NCBI GenBank assembly: GCA_002269645.1
Contig: NIVC01003015.1
Coordinates: 61,257 to 125,256, forward strand
Direction of reading: 5' to 3'
From: Macrostomum lignano
Lineage: Eukaryota
Length of the DNA stretch: 64,000 nucleotides
The notes beneath the pieces are model-generated. The model was not told where the DNA came from and made no database searches. It saw only the letters and a program-made list of their open reading frames with translations. Position numbers and translations under genes: made by a program. This document shows positions 25,601-37,460 of this stretch, one piece after another. Each line of letters begins with the position of its first letter. Position 1 is the first letter of the stretch.

Positions 25601-27533
25601 CAGTCTTCGGGCACTTCAGTCACCCTGGCGCAATGTCTTCGGCGACATCGTCCTACGCAACTAGCGCTGGGGCAATTCTGCCCATTCCGCGGGTCCTGAG
25701 CACATACAAGCGCGACAACACTGCGCAGGCACGCACTCATGCACACGCGCACACAGTGTGCAGCGGCAGTGACTGTCTAATCGTCAAGCATGTACACTTT
25801 GTGCCTTTGGGGGGGGGGCTGGCCCTCATGGCTGTGAATCGCATGACAACCCTCTGGCCAATTGTCGTGCTCAAAAGCCCATAATGAAAGCGGCCTTACA
25901 GAGCCCTGTGTTTCTATAAAATCCCCAACTCGCCAATCCGAACCCGCGCAGAGCCAATCAGCGCTGCGCCAGTCCGAGGCCGATCGGGAGCGGCAGTCGG
26001 CGGAGATCCGCACCAGCCGGGCGCGCCAATCGGCGCTAGAAAACGAGCGCTCAGAATTGCAGGAGCAACTTGGCGAACGCGAATTGCAGCTGTGCTCAGA
26101 GCGAACCGCTCATCGTCAGGCTGAGCAGCAGCGATCGGCCCTTCAATCGGCTGTTCAACGATCGCAAACAGCGGCTGACGGTCTGCGCGGCCGGCTGCAG
26201 GAGTGCCAAGCTGAACTAGCCAGGCTGCAGGAGCGGGCGCTGGTCGCCGAGGACCGGCTGGCTCGCCAAGACGACGAGGCCAAGCTGGAGGCTCGGGCCC
26301 GCTCGGAGCTGGAGGCGAAACTTCGCGCCAGCCTGGACGATGCCGAGGAGAACCGACGCTGGGCCCGCCGGTCGGAGGAGCGAGTCGCCGAGCTGGAGAC
26401 CGAACGGTCGGCATTGAAAGGCCAGGCGGAGAAGCGGGAGAAAGCCCAGCGCGAATTGGAACGGCAACTGCGCTCGGCTGAGGATCAGGCGGCCAGATCT
26501 GCGACTGAGGCGCTGCAGGCAAGGCAGGAAGTTGAAACTCTGCAGCGGGAGGCCCAGCAGCTTGCAGCCAAGTACGAGCATTTTGATGTGTGCCCTGGCA
26601 TTTCAATATGCCATATCGCCACAAATATCCCATGTCCAAGTATCCCATGTCCAAATATCCCATGTCCAAATATCCCATGTCCAAATATCTCATGTCCAAA
26701 TATCCCATGTCCAAATATCCCATTTCTAAATATCCCATGTCCAAATATCCCATGTCCAAATATCCCATGTCCAAATATCCCATGTCCAAATATCCCATGT
26801 CCAAATATCCCATGTCCAAATATCCCATGTCCAAATATCCCATGTCCAAATATCCCATGTCCAAATATCCCATGTCCAAATATCCCATGTCCAAATATCC
26901 CATGTCCAAATATCCCATTTCTAAATATCCCATGTCCAAATATCCCATGTCCAAATATCCCATGTCCAAATATCCCATGTCCAAATATCCCATGTCCAAA
27001 TATCTCATGTCCAAATATCCCATGTCCAAATATCCCATGTCCAAATATCCCATGTCCAAATATCCCATGTCTAAATATCCCATGTTCAAATACCCCATTA
27101 TCCAACTTTCTCATCGTCCAAATATCCTAAAAATTCCGATTCTGCCGGCGCGCCCGCAGGCTGTCAGAGCAGGAGCAGTCGGGCCAAAAGCAGCGCAGCT
27201 CCGCCCAGGACTTGGCCGGCCAACTGGCCGAAGCGCGCGGCCAGCTGACGGCGGTCAACGAGCAACTTGCCGGCTGTCGAGATCGCCTGCGCGAGGCCGA
27301 GACGCGGCGCGAAGCCGAAGCCCGCCAGCACTCTGAAGAGACGGCTGGCCTGCGCGCCGAGCTGAAGGAAGCCAGGCGGCGAGCCAAGGCCGAGGCCGGC
27401 AAGTCGGCGACGCTGGAGTCCGCGGCTGGAGAGCGGGCCGACCTGCTGGCAGAGGCTGAGGCCAAGCTGAAGCACCTGAGCCAGGTGAGTGGGGTTTCAA
27501 GACTGTCTCTCTGTATGTCTGTCTGCCTGTCTT

Positions 27534-27623
<90 letters not shown>

Positions 27624-28944
27624 CATCTATCCATATATCCATATATCCATCTATCTATCTATCCATCTATCCGTCCATCCAACTATCCATCTATCCGTCT
27701 ATCCATCTATCTATCCATCTATCTATCTATCTATCTATCCATCTATCTATCTATCTATCCATCTATCCGTCTATCCATCTATCCATCTATCTATCCATCT
27801 ATCTATCTATTTATCTATCTATCTTTCTATCTATCTATCCATCTATCCGTCCATCCAACTATCCATCTATCCGTCCATCCAACTATCCATCTATCCGTCT
27901 ATCCATCTATCTATCTATCTATCTATCCATCTATCCGTCTATCTATCTATCCATCTATCTATCTATCCGTCTATCCATCTATATATCTATCTCTCCCCTT
28001 CAGGAGTACTCGAACGCCCGCCGGCGCGTCAAGGAGCTGACGGCCATTGTAGACGCTGCCCACGGCGAGCTGACTCAGAAGGAGGCGGACGTCGCCCGGC
28101 TAAGCAAGGCGGCCGAGTCAATGCTGGCCGAGCGGCGCCAGCTCTCAGACGAGCTGACCGCGGCCAAGTCGGCGCTGGCCCAGGCGGAGAGCCGGGCCGC
28201 GGCCGGGCACCGTCAAGCCCAGGCCGAGGCGGCGACTGAGCGTCAGCGTCGGGCCGACGAGCTTCGCAGAATTGAAGAGCGTCACTCGACTGAGGCGGCC
28301 GCGCTTCGTGCTCAGCTGGAGACGGCCAAGTCAGCCGCCGCCGAGTCGGCGAGGTGCTCAGCAGGGCTTATTAGTGCTTCTTTCTTAATTGCCATTCTAT
28401 ATGAGTAGTCAGTGTAGCGCATGAGAGAATCGCTCCTAACGCGTTTTAATTATATAGTCCCTAACTATTGTTCAAATGCTATTTTAGACAGTATAAAAAT
28501 CGCTCCTTAACCTCGCTCCTTCTCAAACGCCCTGAGAATCGCTCCTAAATCACCTGACAATCGCTTTTAAATCGCCCTGAGAATCGCCCATCTCACTACA
28601 AAATTCAAAGCACCGCTCTCCTCTTCTGCCTGCTCAGGGAGTTGCAAGCCGCTGAGAAGCGAGCCAGCTCATTGGAGCACGAAGTTCAAGTGCTGCACCA
28701 GGCCCTTGACGACGCCAATAATAGCCTGGTTGTCAGGGACGCTTCTGTCGCTAGGCTGGAAGCTCGAATTAATCGTTGCGGTCGAAGCTCGGTTGGCGCC
28801 GTGGCCGCGTCAGCCGCCGCGCTAGAACAGTCGACGACGGTCAGCAGCTCGCAGAAGGATTCGGCTGCCGCAGTGACATCTGCCGCATCTGACGAGTTGC
28901 GTCAATTGCTGGCGCAGATTGGCTCCGAAGGCGACGCGTTATGA
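19633..28944 (+). CDS. CCDC18: CCDC18-like long coiled-coil protein, 9 exons: 19633-20067, 21002-21238, 21897-22463, 23046-23291, 24373-24702, 25952-26571, 27160-27484, 28004-28353, 28638-28944 (1138 aa)
   Basis: All junctions are GT-AG and phase-consistent (3417 nt). [19 protein letters not shown] resembles CCDC18 LVTQNHSLMTKFESIHFEL, and [20 protein letters not shown] resembles AANEALLTKESELTRLQAKI (both from memory). The gene model is strong; orthology is moderate. Confidence 0.7.
20085..20920. repeat. 23-bp to 20-bp minisatellite (CCDC18-like intron 1)
   Basis: ttgagagtctgtagggatggagg grading into cagttgagagtctgtaggga. Confidence 0.9.
21378..21852 (-). repeat. 28-bp minisatellite family, locus 1 (CCDC18-like intron 2)
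   Basis: Unit ggctggcccagcaactgaggatctggga is the reverse complement of the arrays at 36.7 and 38.3 kb. Confidence 0.92.
22521..22680 (-). mobile_element. SINE family A, 3' fragment (CCDC18-like intron 3)
   Basis: Reverse complement contains gtgtacatgcctgac...gccgctgtacaccctgtgtgag and the cagggtgc tail. Confidence 0.7.
23450..24270. repeat. 21/22-bp minisatellite with a ~65-bp three-unit higher-order repeat (intron 4)
   Basis: Cycle of ttaatcccttctaccggatcg / ttaatccctttttaccggatct / ttaatcccttcttattggattg. Confidence 0.9.
24790..25600. repeat. 24-bp minisatellite (intron 5)
   Basis: Unit tctgagtctagtgtcggagagttc. Confidence 0.92.
25608..25862 (-). mobile_element. SINE family A, headless copy (intron 5)
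   Basis: Reverse complement matches the body of the 14.7 and 46.5 kb copies (aattggcc...gattcacagccatgag...ggcacaaagtgtacatg...gcggaatgggc). Confidence 0.75.
26615..27095. repeat. 15-bp minisatellite (intron 6)
   Basis: Unit aaatatcccatgtcc. Confidence 0.93.
27535..27990. repeat. (TATC)n microsatellite (intron 7)
   Basis: Long TATC/CATC run ending at the acceptor cccttcag (28003). Confidence 0.93.
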
Positions 28945-29654
28945 TTTTAACTGCTCGTAATTTTTTTCTTTTTCTGTCTAGCCTGAAATTAGGCAAAAAA
29001 GCTTTTTCGCTACTTTTAGTAGCTTTCGCGAGTATAACTTTTTGCAAAATCCATTGGCTGGATCAGTGGAACTCTGCCTTCGTTTTCGTAAAATTCGTAG
29101 CTAGCATTGTTTTATATATATGATAGAGATTATCAGTTCCGATCGTTATTTAGCTTTCTTTCAGATTCTTTCTGTATATTGAATAGTGGGCTCGCCTCAT
29201 TCCTGGGAGTGGTTTAGCTGGCTCTACTAAAGCAGTTATATTGTGATATGCATGAGCCTCTATTGGTTGCCTTTTTGTTATTACTTTTTGAGAGCAGAAA
29301 ATTCATTCGTTTTTTTTCTGAAACACCGTCCAATTTGAATTTTGTTGTTTTGTTATCTTCTTTTCAGATGCAATTTTTCTAGTAGCCTAGTAGTTGCTGC
29401 TAATACTCTTGTGTTTTACACGTAACTTACAGGTTAGCCTCTTGTTAGTTATAATACTCACTCACTGTCTTGTGTATTCATTTCCAAATGTTTAGTACCA
29501 TTTATTTAATAGCATTTTTGTAACCTCTAAAAACAATGAACTGAGACATTCCTTTTAATAAATACATATGCGTGTATATTGATTATAGACTTGCTAGGAT
29601 ACTTAACTTGTAATATGTACGTGTATTAATATTCAAGATATCGCAAACCTACCC

Positions 29655-30092
29655 CTGAATGTACCCACTCTCCAGACCAACCTTTCTACCCCCTAATGTA
29701 CACACTCTCCAGACCAACTTCTCTACCCCTAATGTACACTCTCTCCAGACCAACTTCTCTACCCCCTAATGTACACTCTCTACAGACGAACCTCTCTATC
29801 CCTAATGTACACTCTCTCCAGACCAACTTCTCTACCCCCTAATGTACACTCTCTACAGACGAACCTCTCTACCCCTAATGTACACACTCCAGACCAACCT
29901 CTCTACCCCTAATGTACACACTCCAGACCAACCTCTCTACCCCTAATGTACACACTCCAGACCAACCTCTCTACCCCTAATGTACACACTCCAGACCAAC
30001 CTCTCTACCCCTAATGTACACACTCCAGACCAACCTCTCTACCCCTAATGTACACACTCTCCAGATCAACCTCTCTACCCCTAATGTACGCA
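29655..30092. repeat. 34-bp minisatellite upstream of ATF4
   Basis: Unit ccctaatgtacacactccagaccaacctctctac. Confidence 0.9.
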
Positions 30093-30179
30093 CTCTTAGG
30101 AACAAGCCCTTTAATTCGTATAATTTAATAAAATCGCGCATCAAACTATGCATAGTTTCCCACGCCACCCATTGCTGCC

Positions 30180-30188
30180 ATGGAATAG
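30180..30188 (+). promoter_or_regulatory. ATF4 uORF1 (ATG GAA TAG)
   Basis: gccATGGaatag: two codons plus stop in strong Kozak context, about 60 nt downstream of a TATA-like tataatttaataaaa (~30119). Confidence 0.75.
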
Positions 30189-30302
30189 TCAATCGCCGCC
30201 AGCTCCCCAAGCTAAACGCACTCCGGTGCAGCCGTACAAACCAAGCAAAAAATTCTTCTTTCGCTAAATCAGCGCAGGCTCCGAGCCTTTCAACAAGCCA
30301 AG

Positions 30303-30512
30303 ATGGCGTCCTTTACGATCTATCAATCGATATCTTCAATTCAACAGTACCAGCTGTTAGAATACCAACCAATATCTTTTATATTGCCAATAGTATCTGA
30401 CCAGAAAGAACAGCAGTTTGTCAGCCATGCTAGAATTGCTGCTACAACAGGCGGACGCGGGGTTTTCCACCGCGCCAGCGGCTCCGCCTTCGACTGTCGT
30501 CGACGCTGCTGA
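30303..30512 (+). promoter_or_regulatory. ATF4 inhibitory uORF2 (69 aa) overlapping the main ORF out of frame
   Basis: aagATGG Kozak context. Overlaps ATG 30427 by 86 nt in another frame. No other ATG between uORF1 and the main start. Confidence 0.75.
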
Positions 30513-31233
30513 TTTCTTCAGCAGCGCCGGGGGCGTCGGAGGCGTCGGCTGGCCAGCGGAGCTTGCCTGCGGTGGTGCGGAGTTCGAATCGGGAGCGGAG
30601 GCGACGGACGACGCAGAATTTGATGCTTTTATTGAGACGCTTCAACTGCCGGTCATTGAGCCGACGATCGCTCTGATTGAAGCCGATGCTTCGGCTGACG
30701 ATCAACAAGTCGACGAGTTGCTGCTGCAACAGCTGCTCAGTCCCGAAGACGACTGCTTGATGCTGCACCTGCTGGACGGCGCTGAACCCTCCACCGTCGG
30801 TGTTGAAACTTTAGAGGAGGACAGCGCATCGTCGAGTCCGCCTATGAGCTACTCGACAACGACAATGCAGTCGCCGAATTCGCCGAGTCCATCAACGGTG
30901 TCGTCGCGATCCTCGGCGGCATCGACGAAATCGTCCAAGATGTCGAAGAAGCCAAAGTCCGATCAGCCAGTGGCTTCGGGCGGCGGCGGCCGAGTGCAGA
31001 AGAAGAAGGAGGCCAACCGGGAGGCGGCCTATCGCTACCGGTTGAAGCAGCGACTCGGCGATTCCGTTGTCGATCAGCAGCGCAGCGAACTACAATCGAG
31101 CGTCGACGCCCTAGCTAACCGGGTTAAAGCGGCGGAAACCGAAGCTCGATTTCTAGTTAGCATGTGTCGCCAAATTTTCTCAAGCCGTCGGCAATTATCG
31201 CTGCGCCAGCAGCAGCAGCAGCTTAGTGTCTAG
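30427..31233 (+). CDS. ATF4: ATF4/ATF5-like bZIP transcription factor (268 aa, intronless CDS)
   Basis: C-terminal basic region KKKEANREAAYRYRLKQR plus zipper ending EARFLVSMC resembles ATF4 (KKMEQNKTAATRYRQKKR...EIQYLKDL). Acidic N-terminus, a DSASSSP..SY degron-like segment and the diagnostic uORF layout. Confidence 0.8.
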   Translation: MLELLLQQADAGFSTAPAAPPSTVVDAADFFSSAGGVGGVGWPAELACGGAEFESGAEATDDAEFDAFIETLQLPVIEPTIALIEADASADDQQVDELLLQQLLSPEDDCLMLHLLDGAEPSTVGVETLEEDSASSSPPMSYSTTTMQSPNSPSPSTVSSRSSAASTKSSKMSKKPKSDQPVASGGGGRVQKKKEANREAAYRYRLKQRLGDSVVDQQRSELQSSVDALANRVKAAETEARFLVSMCRQIFSSRRQLSLRQQQQQLSV

Positions 31234-32064
31234 GGCCTTATCCAGTTATTTCATTAAAAATAATACAATAAATGTGCGCTTAACTCTACTGATAGTAAAA
31301 ATGCGCACATTTTTAACTTAAAATTTGAGTTGCCGTTTTAAGGCTTGGAGAAAATTTGGACGTCAATGCTTTAACAATTAAAAATATCAATAAACTTCTT
31401 TTGCGTCTCCCCCCCCCCAGCTCTTGCTCCGAACTTCTCTGCACCGTTTGGTTTTGTCTCCGTCGTGTCGCTTTTGCGTTAACGTTGCTGGTTACTGTTG
31501 CTTTAACATACTTTAATCATATATAAGCATCACTAAATTGTTTTATTATCCTTGATTATACTTACTATCAAAAAGCTTTGGTGTGGTCTTATTTGTTTTT
31601 GTAACCAACCAATCTTGCTGGATTTGTTTTTTAGGGTAAGTTTTTTCTCTCTTTGAAAATTCTTTTTCTCAACAGTACATTCTGTACTTTAATATAAATA
31701 TGTATATTAATTCATACACGTTTATGTGAAGTAGTTATTTACGGTCTGCCGTGCGTCCGCTAAAGAAACAAGCCCTATATTTAAATTTTAGCACACTGTG
31801 CGATCCTTGGAGGCGTCTGTCTTATTCAAGCCTCAAATTATTTATTAAATACGCTATTAAATATCTAGACTGGTACTATTAACTGGCTTCTCTTTTGTTT
31901 GTTTGTTCTTCAATTCTATTCTCTCCTGCAAGAGCACTACTGCACTACTATAAAAACACTGTAGGCGTCTTTTGCGGTTAAACATCTTTTGGATCAATAA
32001 AAATATACGTGCCAGTCCTGAACCCACGCGACTGCGGCTTCTTGTGTTGCTTTTTTGCTAATAT

Positions 32065-33735
32065 TTCTGGAGGTATGCTGGTAATAGACAGGTTTCTGTA
32101 GGTATGCTGGTCATAGACAGGTTTCTGTAGGTAGGCTGGTCATAGACATGTTTATAATAGCAGGCTGGTCATAGACAGGTTTATGGAGGTATGCTGATCA
32201 TAGACAGGTTTCTGTAGGTAGGCTGGTCATAGACAGGTTTCTGAAAGCAGGCTGGTCATAGACAGGTTTCTGTAGGTATGCTGGTCATAGACAGGTTTCT
32301 GCAGGTATGCTGGTCAAAGACATGTTTATAATAGCAGGCTGGTCATAGACAGGTTTATAGAGGCAGGTTGGTCAAAGACAGGTTTATGGACGTAGGCTGG
32401 TCATAGACAGGTTTCTGTAGGTAGGCTGGTCATAGACAGGTTTCTGTAGGTAGGCTGGTCATAGACAGGTTTCTGTAGGTAGGCTGGTCATAGACAGGTT
32501 TCTGCAGGTATGCTGGTCATAGACAGGTTTCTGTAGGTAGGCTGGTCATAGACAGGTTTCTGTAGGTAGGCTGGTCATAGACAGGTTTCTGAAAGCAGGC
32601 TGGTCATAGACAGGCTTATGGAGGTAGGCTGGTCAAAGACAGGTTTCTGTAGGCAGGCTGGTCATAGACAGGTTTCTGAAAGCAGGCTGGTCATAGACAG
32701 GTTTCTAGAGGTAGGCTGGTCATAGACAGGTTTCTGTAGGTAGACTGGTCATAGACAGATTTCTGTAGGTATGCTGGTCATAGACAGGTTTCTGCAGGTA
32801 TGCTGGTCATAGACATGTTTATAATAGCAGGCTGGTCATAGACAGGTTTATGGAGGTAGGCTGGTCATAGACAGGTTTCTGGAGGTAGGCTGGTCATAGA
32901 CAGGTTTCTGAAAGCAGGCTGGTCATAGACAGGCTTATGGAGGTAGGCTGGTCAAAGACAGGTTTCTGTAGGCAGGCTGGTCATAGACAGGTTTCTGAAA
33001 GCAGGCTGGTCATAGACAGGTTTCTAGAGGTAGGCTGGTCATAGACAGGTTTCTGTAGGTAGACTGGTCATAGACAGGTTTCTGCAGGTATGCTGGTCAT
33101 AGACATGTTTATAATAGCTGGCTGGTCATAGACAGGTTTATGGAGGTAGGCTGGTCATAGACAGGTTTCTGGAGGTAGGCTGGTCATAGACAGGTTTCTG
33201 AAAGCAGGCTGTTCATAGACAGGTTTATGAAGGTATGCTGGTCATAGACAGGTTTCTGCAGGTATGCTGGTCATAGACAGGTTTCTGCAGGTATGCTGGT
33301 CATAGACAGGTTTCTGTAGGTAGGCTGGTCAAAGACAGGTTTCTGTAGGTAGGCTGGTCATAGACAGGTTTCTATTGATAGGCTGGTCATAGACAGGTTT
33401 TTGTAGGTAGGCTGGTCATAGACAGGTTTCTGTTGGTAGGCTGGTCGTAGACACGTTTATGGAGGTAGGCTGGTCATAGACAGGTTTCTATTGATAGGCT
33501 GGTCATAGACAGGTTTCTGTAGGTATGCTGGTCATAGACAGGTTTCTGCAGGTATGCTGGTCAAAGACATGTTTATAATAGCAGGCTGGTCATAGACAGG
33601 TTTCTGTTGGTAGGCTGGTCGTCGACACGTTTATGGAGGTAGGCTGGTCATAGACAGGTTTCTGAAAGCAGGCTGGTCATAGACAGGTTTCTGAAAGCAG
33701 GCTGGTCATAGACAGGTTTCTAGAGGTAGGCTGGT
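32065..33735. repeat. 29-bp minisatellite in a predicted GLCE 5'UTR intron (31636-33899)
   Basis: Unit tcatagacaggtttctgtaggtaggctgg; largest array in the window; bracketed by GTAAGT and ctcgcAG. Confidence 0.9.
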
Positions 33736-33940
33736 TAAAGAAAGGTTCTGATGGTTCTGGTCATTGACAGGTTTTGGTCTATAACTCAGGTGTTAACTAA
33801 TATTTCTTCACGAGAAGGAAACCATACTACTAATTGAATTGACTTGTTAAGTAGCAAACACCGTTTCTTGTATCTATATTTTTGTTACTTCACTCGCAGA
33901 CTTGAATTGGCTCAGTCGGCGTGCTTGCGTGCGGGGACAC

Positions 33941-36562
33941 ATGAAGCTTCTGCCGCACCGACGGCTGGCCAGTCCGCGCCGCCTGCTGATCTTGCTGTGC
34001 CTGGCCCTGTCCATTGTGCTGGCCTATTATTTGCTATCGGCTCCAGCGGCTGACAAGGCTGCATTTGTTTATAAAGAGACTGCAGCGGATAAAGAGCCAA
34101 CTAAGATGCTAACGACTGTTTTGGCTCGGCCTCAGCCGGTCGCCGCTGTCCCCCAGTCGGCAGTAAAAGTCACGGATATCGACTGTCTAATTGAAGACAC
34201 CGAACAGGTGGCCTGCATTCGCCGCGGCGCCGATGTCTACGTGCCGTTCGACTATTTGAAACGGCGCTACGAGCTGTCCGGCGGCCTGTCGGAGGACGGC
34301 CGTCAGCTGCACTGGTACGCCAGCTATGCCAGGCTGCACCGGCCCAGTCTGCCCTATTCGCCCTATGGCGCTTTCTTACACTTTGCCGACTATACGGTTG
34401 AACGGCGAGAACGGGTACTGCGAGTGTCCGGCAGGCGCGGCGTCCCAATCAGCCGGCAATGGGATCCGCGCGGGCACGAATACGTTATACAGGTGGCCCA
34501 GTACGGCCTGAGCCATTTCAGCAAGGCTAGCATCGAGACTGAGACAAGACGGAGGGAAAACAGTAACGGTAATAATAATAATAATGATAGTGATGAGGAC
34601 AGCGACGAATTTGCGGCTACGAGATCGTTCGGCGAGGCTGCCACCGACTGGACGGTGCCAGACGGTGCTCAGCTGACTGAACTGACCGGCAACGCCACGG
34701 CCAGGGTCTCTCCGCCGCCTCCGCCGGCGGCACAACAGCAGCGACATTCAACTGCCTCACTGCTTCGTTTCAACGTGCCGGCCGATTTGTCACGCGGCGC
34801 CCGACTAAAACTGGCCCGCGATTCGCCCACCTCGTCCGGTCGGACAGTGCTCCGTCTGGTTGACTTCCTGTCCGTGTCGGCCGCCAGCGTCACCGTCCAG
34901 ATGACGACGAACCGGCGCGGCACCGTCCGGCTGCACTACGGAGTCGGCTATGCCGAGGATTACCGAGCGCCTGGCGACCGATCCGACATCTATTTCGCCA
35001 TCGGCTCGCCCGGCGACGGCTGGCGAACCGTCACTCGCAACCTGCGCGTCGATCTGGAGAAAGCCTTTGAAGATGACGATGACGACAGCGAAGAGGTGGC
35101 CGCCGTTGGCAGCGTCGACATCGGCGCCGCGGATGAGGACGAAAGCGTCGCTGGCGTCGAAGACCGTCAACGTCGGAATAGAAAGTCGCGCGGTCGCGGA
35201 CGCGGTCGCGGACGCAGCCGTCGGGGTACTCGTCGACGGCCCGGCCGAGGTCGCCGACGTCAGCGCAACAACGAAGGCGACGGCGGCGGCGGCAACCGCA
35301 ACCGTCCGGTTGCCATTCGTCGGGTTCAGTGGATCTCCCTGCGCGGCGTCGGTTACCTCGGCCGGGTGGAATTCGCCACCGCGGCCGCTGCCCGTCCGGA
35401 TTTCTATCGGGCAGCCGGCGACTGGCTGGTGGCCAATCAGAACGCCAGCACCGGGGCCTGGCCGATCTGGGCTAGGCGGGCCATCGGCAGCAGACGGGAT
35501 CGGAGGCGGCTGGTGAGTTCGGGATTGCACCCTGACAGCTGACACACTAGACCCATGCCTACCTGTCACCTGACACACTAGACCCATGACCTACCTGTCA
35601 CCTGACACACTAGACCCATGACCTACCTGACAGCTGACACACTAGACCCATGACCTACCTGACAGCTGACACACTAGACCCATGACCTACCTGACAGCTG
35701 ACACACTAGACCCATGACCTACCTGACAGCTGACACACTAGACCCATGACCTACCTGACAGCTGACACACTAGACCCATGACCCACCTGACAGCTGACAC
35801 ACTAGACCCATGACCTACCTGACAGCTGACACACTAGACCCATGACCTACCTGACAGCTGACACACTAGACCATGACCTACCTGAACCCTGACACACGAG
35901 TCCTCCCAACCTGCCACAACCTGCGCCAGGTGCTGCAGCCGGGCTGGTGCTCTGCCATGGGCCAGGGCCAGGCCATCTCCCTGCTAGTCCGGCTGCACCG
36001 TCACTGGCCAGACCGGAGCGACTACCTCGCAGCAGCTGTCCGCGGCCTGGCGCCATTCCACCGCGACGCCGCCTCGGACAGCACAGCCGGAGTAGCGGCC
36101 CGCCTATTCAACCAGTTCACCTGGTACGAAGAGTACCCTGTACCTGGCGGCCTGTTTGTTCTCAACGGTTTTGTCTATTCTCTGTTCGGCCTGTACGACC
36201 TCCGACAACTGCTGACTGACTTGACGGCCAAACAGAATGGCAGCAGCAGCAGCAGCAGTCAGCAGCTGATCGACGGTGCGTCACTGCACTCTCACCTGGC
36301 CAATGTGTCCCGGCTCTACTCAACCGGCATGGAGTCGCTTAAGTCCGTCATCGGCCTGTTTGATCACGGCGACGGTACTTACTACGATTTGCGTCACGTG
36401 ACCAATCCAACTGAGGAGCCGCGCCGGGCCAGGTGGGATTATCACGGCGTTCACGTGACCCAGCTGATGGCGCTCACTACACTGGAGCCGGATCCCAGAC
36501 TGCTGGCCGCGCTGGACAGATGGGAGAAATATCTGAACGGCTATAGAGTGTCGCATAACTGA
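33941..36562 (+). CDS. GLCE: D-glucuronyl C5-epimerase (heparan sulfate), 2 exons: 33941-35512, 35930-36562 (734 aa)
   Basis: Type II signal anchor; YVPFDYLKRRYE, FADYTVERRERV, GVPISRQWDPRG, IQVAQYGLSHFS, GWCSAMGQGQAIS, WYEEYP, FVLNGFVYSLFGLYDL, YYDLRH, ARWDYH, YRVSHN*. Catalytic Glu/Tyr positions are conserved. Confidence 0.95.
35530..35885. repeat. 32-bp minisatellite (GLCE intron)
   Basis: Unit actagacccatgacctacctgacagctgacac. Confidence 0.92.
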
Positions 36563-36676
36563 CAGATGGAGCTGCTGGGGGGGGGGCTGTCTTGGCTTGT
36601 TGGCTTTTTGCGTCTTCCACCTAGCATGCTGTATTGATTTGTACATATGTTCCTTTGCGTGAGTCTCAACTAACTA

Positions 36677-37460
36677 GCCTCCCAGATGCTTAGTTGCTAG
36701 ACCAGCCTCCCAGATGCTTAGTTGCTAGACCAGCCTCCCAGATGCTTAGTTGCTAGACCAGCCTCCCAGATGCTTAGTTGCTAGACCAGCCTCCCAGATG
36801 CTTAGTTGCTAGACCAGCCTCCCAGATGCTTAGTTGCTAGACCAGCCTCCCTGATGCTTAGTTGCTAGACCAGCCTCCCAGATCCTCAGTTGCTAGACCA
36901 GCCTCCCAGATCCTCAGTTGCTGGGCCAGCATCCCAGATCCTCAGTTGCTGGGCCAGCCTCCCAGATCCTCAGTTGCTGGGCCAGCCTCCCAGATCCTCA
37001 GTTGCTGGGCCAGCCTCCCAGATCCTCAGTTGCTAGACCAGCCTCCCAGATGCTTAGTTGCCGGGCCAGCCTCCCAGATCCTCAGTTGCTGGGCCAGCCT
37101 CCCAGATCCTCAGTTGCTGGGCCAGCCTCCCAGATCCTCAGCTGCTGGGCCAGCCTCCCAGATCCTCAGTTGCTAGACCAGCCTCCCAGATGCTTAGTTG
37201 CCGGGCCAGCCTCCCAGATCCTCAGCTGCTGTGCCAGCATCCCAGATCCTCAGTTGCCGGGCCAGCCTCCCAGATCCTCAGTTGCCGGGCCAGCCTCCCA
37301 GATCCTCAGTTGCTGGGCCAGCATCCCAGATCCCCAGTTGCTGGGCCAGCCTCCCAGATCCTCAGTTGCCGGGCCAGCCTCCCAGATCCTCAGCTGCTGT
37401 GCCAGCATCCCAGATCCTCAGTTGCTGGGCCAGCATCCCAGATCCTCAGTTGCTGGGCCA
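36677..37460 (+). repeat. 28-bp minisatellite family, locus 2 (predicted GLCE 3'UTR intron 36659-37463)
   Basis: Unit ctcagttgctgggccagcctcccagatc; GTGAGT at 36659 and ccacAG at 37463. Confidence 0.9.

Noticed and set aside
35945-35960. GLCE WCSAM instead of WYSAM as a loss-of-function sign
   Set aside because: The catalytic positions (EEY, YDL, WDY) are intact, and this position varies among invertebrate orthologs as I recall.
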